Notes under the pieces: model-generated
Told to the model about the DNA's origin: nothing
Database searches by the model: none
Seen by the model: only the letters and a program-made list of their open reading frames with translations
Translations under genes and position numbers: made by a program
Source: Girardia tigrina
Lineage: Eukaryota
DNA length: 54,634 nucleotides
Direction: 5' to 3'
Assembly: GCA_001938485.1 (NCBI GenBank)
Contig: MQRK01199881.1
Location: 27,749 to 82,382, forward strand
Shown: piece after piece, positions 50,147 through 54,634 of the stretch
How the letters are laid out: each line of letters opens with the position of its first letter
Position numbering within the stretch: the first letter of the stretch is position 1

Positions 50147-51061
50147 TTATGTATAATAAATGATACTGTTTTTCAGAATAAAAGTCCAAATTTCGTTTGA
50201 TAGTTCTTTAGAATAAGTGGTCGGTTCGTGTCGAAAGAACACATTATTGGAAACATAACTTGTTGAAACATTTTTTATATCCATATACATAAAATTCTCT
50301 GGAAAAGAAACCAAAGTCATATGTAAACTTTCTCTAACGAATCCCGACATAAAAACATCATCAATCCAAAAATATTTCATATTTAGAGATTTTTGTACTA
50401 TTTTAGTAATGCTTTTAATATTTCCTAAAATATAGGCGAATCCTTCGCAGAATTCCGGATAAAAAATATTAAGATATTCTTTTTTACTCACTTCCCATTT
50501 GCCTGAACGGTTGACAAATGCTATCATTACTTTACAATAAAAATCCTTGGCTAAAGGAAAATTTGTTAAGAAGTATTTCAAACGAAAGATGTCAACCATT
50601 GTATCATCATCAATTTTAATCAGAAATGATGATCTGTGACAATGCTCATTGATCCAGTTGTACAACGAAACGTGTTTCATTGTGAGATTGCAATAACTAT
50701 CAATGAAGTTTCCTTGAACAATATCCCGGTAGTTCGTACTCTCCTTCTCTATTTCTTCATTGACCTTCTTCTCTTGTGTCATTCCAAGCATAAAAAACAC
50801 CTGAATAGTCTTATCTCCAACTTTCTTGAAAGCACCAAACGTATTTCGTATGACATCTCTTTTGTCCTGATTAAGAGTTGATGAATGGACTGCAATCAAA
50901 ATGTCAGGCCCATTGTCCGTACATAAATCCCGTTCCTCTATAACATAATCGAGTGATGCGTTGGGGAAATATGATAAAACAGTTCTGTTATCTAAATTTT
51001 CACATGGCGCTTGATAAATCGGAGGATAAAGGATTGATAAAATGATGAACCATAAATACAT
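50147..51061 (-). CDS. Beta-1,3-galactosyltransferase-like glycosyltransferase (GT31)
   Basis: 304-aa intact ORF; N-terminal anchor; IAVHS..KRDVIRNTFG, GNFIDSYCNLTMK, KIDDD, YPEFCEGFAY, WIDDVFMSG; possible upstream acceptor near 51120. Confidence 0.92.
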   Translation of the reverse strand: MYLWFIILSILYPPIYQAPCENLDNRTVLSYFPNASLDYVIEERDLCTDNGPDILIAVHSSTLNQDKRDVIRNTFGAFKKVGDKTIQVFFMLGMTQEKKVNEEIEKESTNYRDIVQGNFIDSYCNLTMKHVSLYNWINEHCHRSSFLIKIDDDTMVDIFRLKYFLTNFPLAKDFYCKVMIAFVNRSGKWEVSKKEYLNIFYPEFCEGFAYILGNIKSITKIVQKSLNMKYFWIDDVFMSGFVRESLHMTLVSFPENFMYMDIKNVSTSYVSNNVFFRHEPTTYSKELSNEIWTFILKNSIIYYT

Positions 51062-52560
51062 CAGGACAACAGTTTCCCAACTTTGTGGTACTAGAATATG
51101 AACGTAGTTGTAATACTTCTAAATAGTGCTTAACCAAAAAAATAGACTACAGTTTATATATTTCAAAATGATTGTTAATCTAAGCAATTGTCATGGCTCA
51201 TTTATTCCATATTCTCTCTCAGCGGAATATACTAACAGCTTCAGTTCTAAACTCAAGTTATTTAAGTTTTTAACTCAAACAATATATCAATACTAAAGAA
51301 TGTTATCACAACAAAAGGTCAAATTATATACATTGCCATCACACTATAGAAAAGTTAAGAATTGCTACTGAATCATAAACTTTTGAATCATAATATTTAA
51401 TCTGTGATTTAAAAATAATTTATATTGTTATTGAACTTTACAAATTCAATGATTCATAAAGGGTCGTTTTGACGTTTAATAAATATTAGTTTATTGCAGT
51501 TTTAATGATGTTCTAAGAGTGAATTTTAACAGTTCCAGTGAAGCAAACGTGAAATTTTACGATGAGTACCTATAGACAGAAGACATTACTTTGAATGATG
51601 TTTTACATATACAACATATTATTAAATAACAGTAACATTAAGGGTTAAATTCTGATAGGAATTTCTGATTCTGCCATACAAATACAACAAGGAGATTAAA
51701 TTATATATTCTTGTAACCGGACGTTTCATCATATGGACATTAGCTCACACGGAAATTTACTCACATGGGAATTGCTCACACGAACACTGCTTAAAAGAGT
51801 TTTTAACAAAAATATTTTATTGAAAACAACTGTGTTATTAGTAATTTTTAAATTTCATTGAAAATTAATAAATAAAAAATCAATACAGCGAAAAAAATTT
51901 CAGTGAAGAGAATTTTGATGAAAGTAATTTCCGGTCAAAACTAAATTTTGGTAAATTAAAAAAAAATATTTGTAAAAATATTTTTATATTTTTTCTATTA
52001 ATTAAAATCGGATTGAAGAAAAGAAATTATATTGCATTAATTTCCATCAAGACTTTTAATTAAAAAATTTTATTAAAATAACTTTTGCTATTATTAATTC
52101 TCGATTGAATTTATGTTTTTTGTTTTACGTGTGCCTATAAAAAATCAATTTTTATTTTTAGTTTAATTTTTTGTAAGTATTCGCAAACAAGCTTGTAATT
52201 ATTGCTGTTATTTTTATGACTAATTACTTGAGATTTAGGTTTTGGTCGATAAACAATTTTCATAAAAATTTAATAAACGTTTTAGTGAATCCATTAACAT
52301 AGATTCAGATAGCGAATTGGAATATTTTTCAAGTACACGAGCCAAAGAGAAGTTGATTTAATATGGGTTTGATATAATTTATGGATGAAAAAAATAATTT
52401 GGAGATATGTTCAAGCAAAAAGTACATATTGCAAAGCATTTTTGCATTTAAATAAGAAAAATCCTTTAACTTTTCGGTGCTTTGTCATGAAAGGAGTCAC
52501 ATAAAGTTAAATCAAACACTATTTTATCGGATATGAAATATCATTCAATCAATTTTCCCA

Positions 52561-52887
52561 CCAGAGCTCTCTGGGGGATGGAAACTTCACCCCCCCAAAA
52601 AAAATTTTTATAGATTGTTAAAAAAATTAAAAAAAATTATTTTAAAAATAAAAATTAAGATGAAAAAGTATTTAAAAAAATTTAATTTATAGTGAAGTAT
52701 ATAAGGTTTTTAACTTCAATTAAAACTCTTTTTATTTCAAATTAAACCTTTTTTCCAAATTAAATACTCCATTGCTTCATCATTAGTATCCGCTCTGATT
52801 TAGAGTGAAAAAAACTGCATGCATATCGCGGTTTCACCCATGTTTTCTTGTTTCCCCACAAAGAAAAAGTTCTGGCGGGAACACTGC
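52561..52887. mobile_element. Possible hAT-derived non-autonomous remnant(s)
   Basis: cagagctctctgggggatg and ctggcgggaacactg resemble hAT termini, but they are not a clean TIR pair. Confidence 0.3.
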
Positions 52888-52989
52888 ACGCAAGCTAAGT
52901 TGATTCAAGCACACGTAATATTTTAGGTGAAGGATTCCATATCATTACGGAAGTAGTTCTGGTCTTTCTTCCAAGGCAATTGTTTTGAT

Positions 52990-53240
52990 TCGTCTTTACC
53001 CGATAAATTATCTAATGAAAATTCTAATATTGGATATACGCTAATCGTTCCTTATTCAGAAGGTTACTAAAAATTTAAATCGTCTATTTTAAGATCAATC
53101 GATAGTAAAAATTTGAATTTAAAAATCATTTCTAAATCTTACAAAATTCAAAGTATATTCAGCAATAAATCTCGTACTCCTTTGAGTTTATGTTCCAATC
53201 TGGTTTATCAATTTTCGTGTAATGGGTGCAACGAATTTTT
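52990..53240 (+). mobile_element. Penelope-like element fragment (start of GIY-YIG domain)
   Basis: IVPYSEG..KIQSIFSNKSRTPLSLCSNLVYQFSCNGCN. Confidence 0.7.
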
Positions 53241-53250
53241 CATTTCAGGT

Positions 53251-53590
53251 TGCTACGGATGTCGCTGTCATCGTCTGATTATTCGGAAATCAGCAGACAC
53301 ATGATTCATGTTGAATCATTTCGGATTTTTAATTAACTTTTCTTTATCTTTTAAAAGTTTCTACAGGGTCTTCTGAGGAATGACTTCGACAGAATTAAAA
53401 CAGAGCACAATCAAGGGAATCTTCTCCTCCTGTCTCTCATCCTACGCGCACTCGAAGCCTATTTAAAACTAACGGGGATAGTCGAGTTTGATTATCCCCA
53501 CATTTTCCACAATGCTTCAGTGCGTGTTGGATGATGTACATGGAGAGGGGTTCTTTCAAAATATAAGTGGCGAATATTCGTATCGTAACA
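53251..53590. mobile_element. Possible solo LTR
   Basis: tgctacggat ... atcgtaaca imperfect inverted termini; no TSD seen. Confidence 0.45.
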
Positions 53591-54400
53591 AGTTATTGGG
53601 TTCTTCGTTGTCATCATAAATGTTGTGAACTTATGGTCCGCCCTAAGTAGGAACATCTTTCCGTATAAGAAATATTTGAAGTGTTGGGTGAAGTAATAGA
53701 TTGTCAATAATTCCTTTCTTGTAATACAGCATCCAAGTTCGTGTTTGTTCATCTTATGGAATCCATATGCAATTAGTTTTTCCCTTCCGTATGCATCCTT
53801 CTGAACCAGTACTGCCCTGATTGTATCAAAACTGGCATCTGTATCCAGTATGAACTCCTTTTCGAAATCTGGATATGCTAGGATCCGGTGTTTTTTTTCA
53901 TTTAATATTGGTTCTCCTTGCGTCTCAATTTTATGTTTAGTTAGTGAGGGCTTCCCGATATCCCTTTTGTCTGCCATAAATATCGTTTTATATTCTATTA
54001 GTGATTTTATTAATGATTCATCTATCTTATCTGCGTATATTTCCCTTATTCTTTTAAGTCTGTCTCCATAAATTAAAGTATAGAGTATTACCAGCACTCC
54101 TTCGTTGTATCTTGTTTCTTTCTTTATTTTTATGCTAAATTTATTTTGAAAATCCATTCCTACAATCGTTTTGGGTTCCAAATCTTTTGTCTCCTTTATG
54201 TTGACATTGTTCATATTTTTTAGTATGTTTACTTTTTTTACGTTGAATCATGCTCCCATATCCAATAGACATCATATTTTTCTATTCTTTATTTGAAATT
54301 CTACACTAGGTCTCCCTTTCAGTTCTTAATATTTTATTTTAAACTTTGATATTTTCATTATATCTGTAATCCTTTCTTCATTTTTTCCTGTGATCAAACT
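53591..54400 (-). mobile_element. Gypsy pol remnant: protease joined to RNase H with RT deleted
   Basis: KHKIETQGEPI..ILAYPDFEKEFILDTDAS..ITRKELL..FLLRADHK; CLLDMGA near 54260. Confidence 0.85.
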
Positions 54401-54526
54401 GCCACACTTCTCATGGGGTATTTTGTTTTCACCATCTAATATACATAATTGATGAAGAATATATTCAACAGCATCCCATACTTAACATACATTATCATAC
54501 AGATCATACATATAGTCAACCATATA

Positions 54527-54634
54527 CAGGGTGCGGCAGCTATTTGAGAACAAAATGACATAAAGTTCAAAAAATGAATATACAACAGAAAAATAACATT
54601 TATTACAATTTAAAATTTTACATATATTAACACG
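54527..54634 (+). mobile_element. Start of a Tc1/mariner-superfamily element (TA-CAGGGTG end)
   Basis: tatacagggtgcggcagc at the window edge. Confidence 0.35.

Overview
Very AT-rich eukaryotic (metazoan) scaffold segment with several N gaps. The mariner, Penelope, Polinton and Gypsy content, GT-AG introns and low GC are compatible with a planarian flatworm, but the taxon is an inference only. Most of the window is decayed, nested transposable elements: Ty3/Gypsy pieces and solo LTRs, four mariners, MULE/FLYWCH, hAT, Penelope-like elements with hammerhead ribozyme motifs, a Polinton pPolB, Helitron/Helentron-like ends and a piggyBac MITE. Probable host genes are two paralogous spliced, secreted C-type lectin genes in a ~5.5 kb segmental duplication (about 160-5700 and 22390-28680) and an intact single-ORF GT31 beta-1,3-glycosyltransferase (50147-51061). 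Decayed intronless host-gene pieces include a ubiquitin-like domain, a probable forkhead domain, a very divergent beta-tubulin N-terminus, TM9SF1 and a 28S rRNA fragment. The strongest signal is that the two lectin copies differ more in the lectin-domain exon (almost all changes non-synonymous) than in the intron, which suggests diversifying selection. All identifications and counts are by eye; no searches were run.
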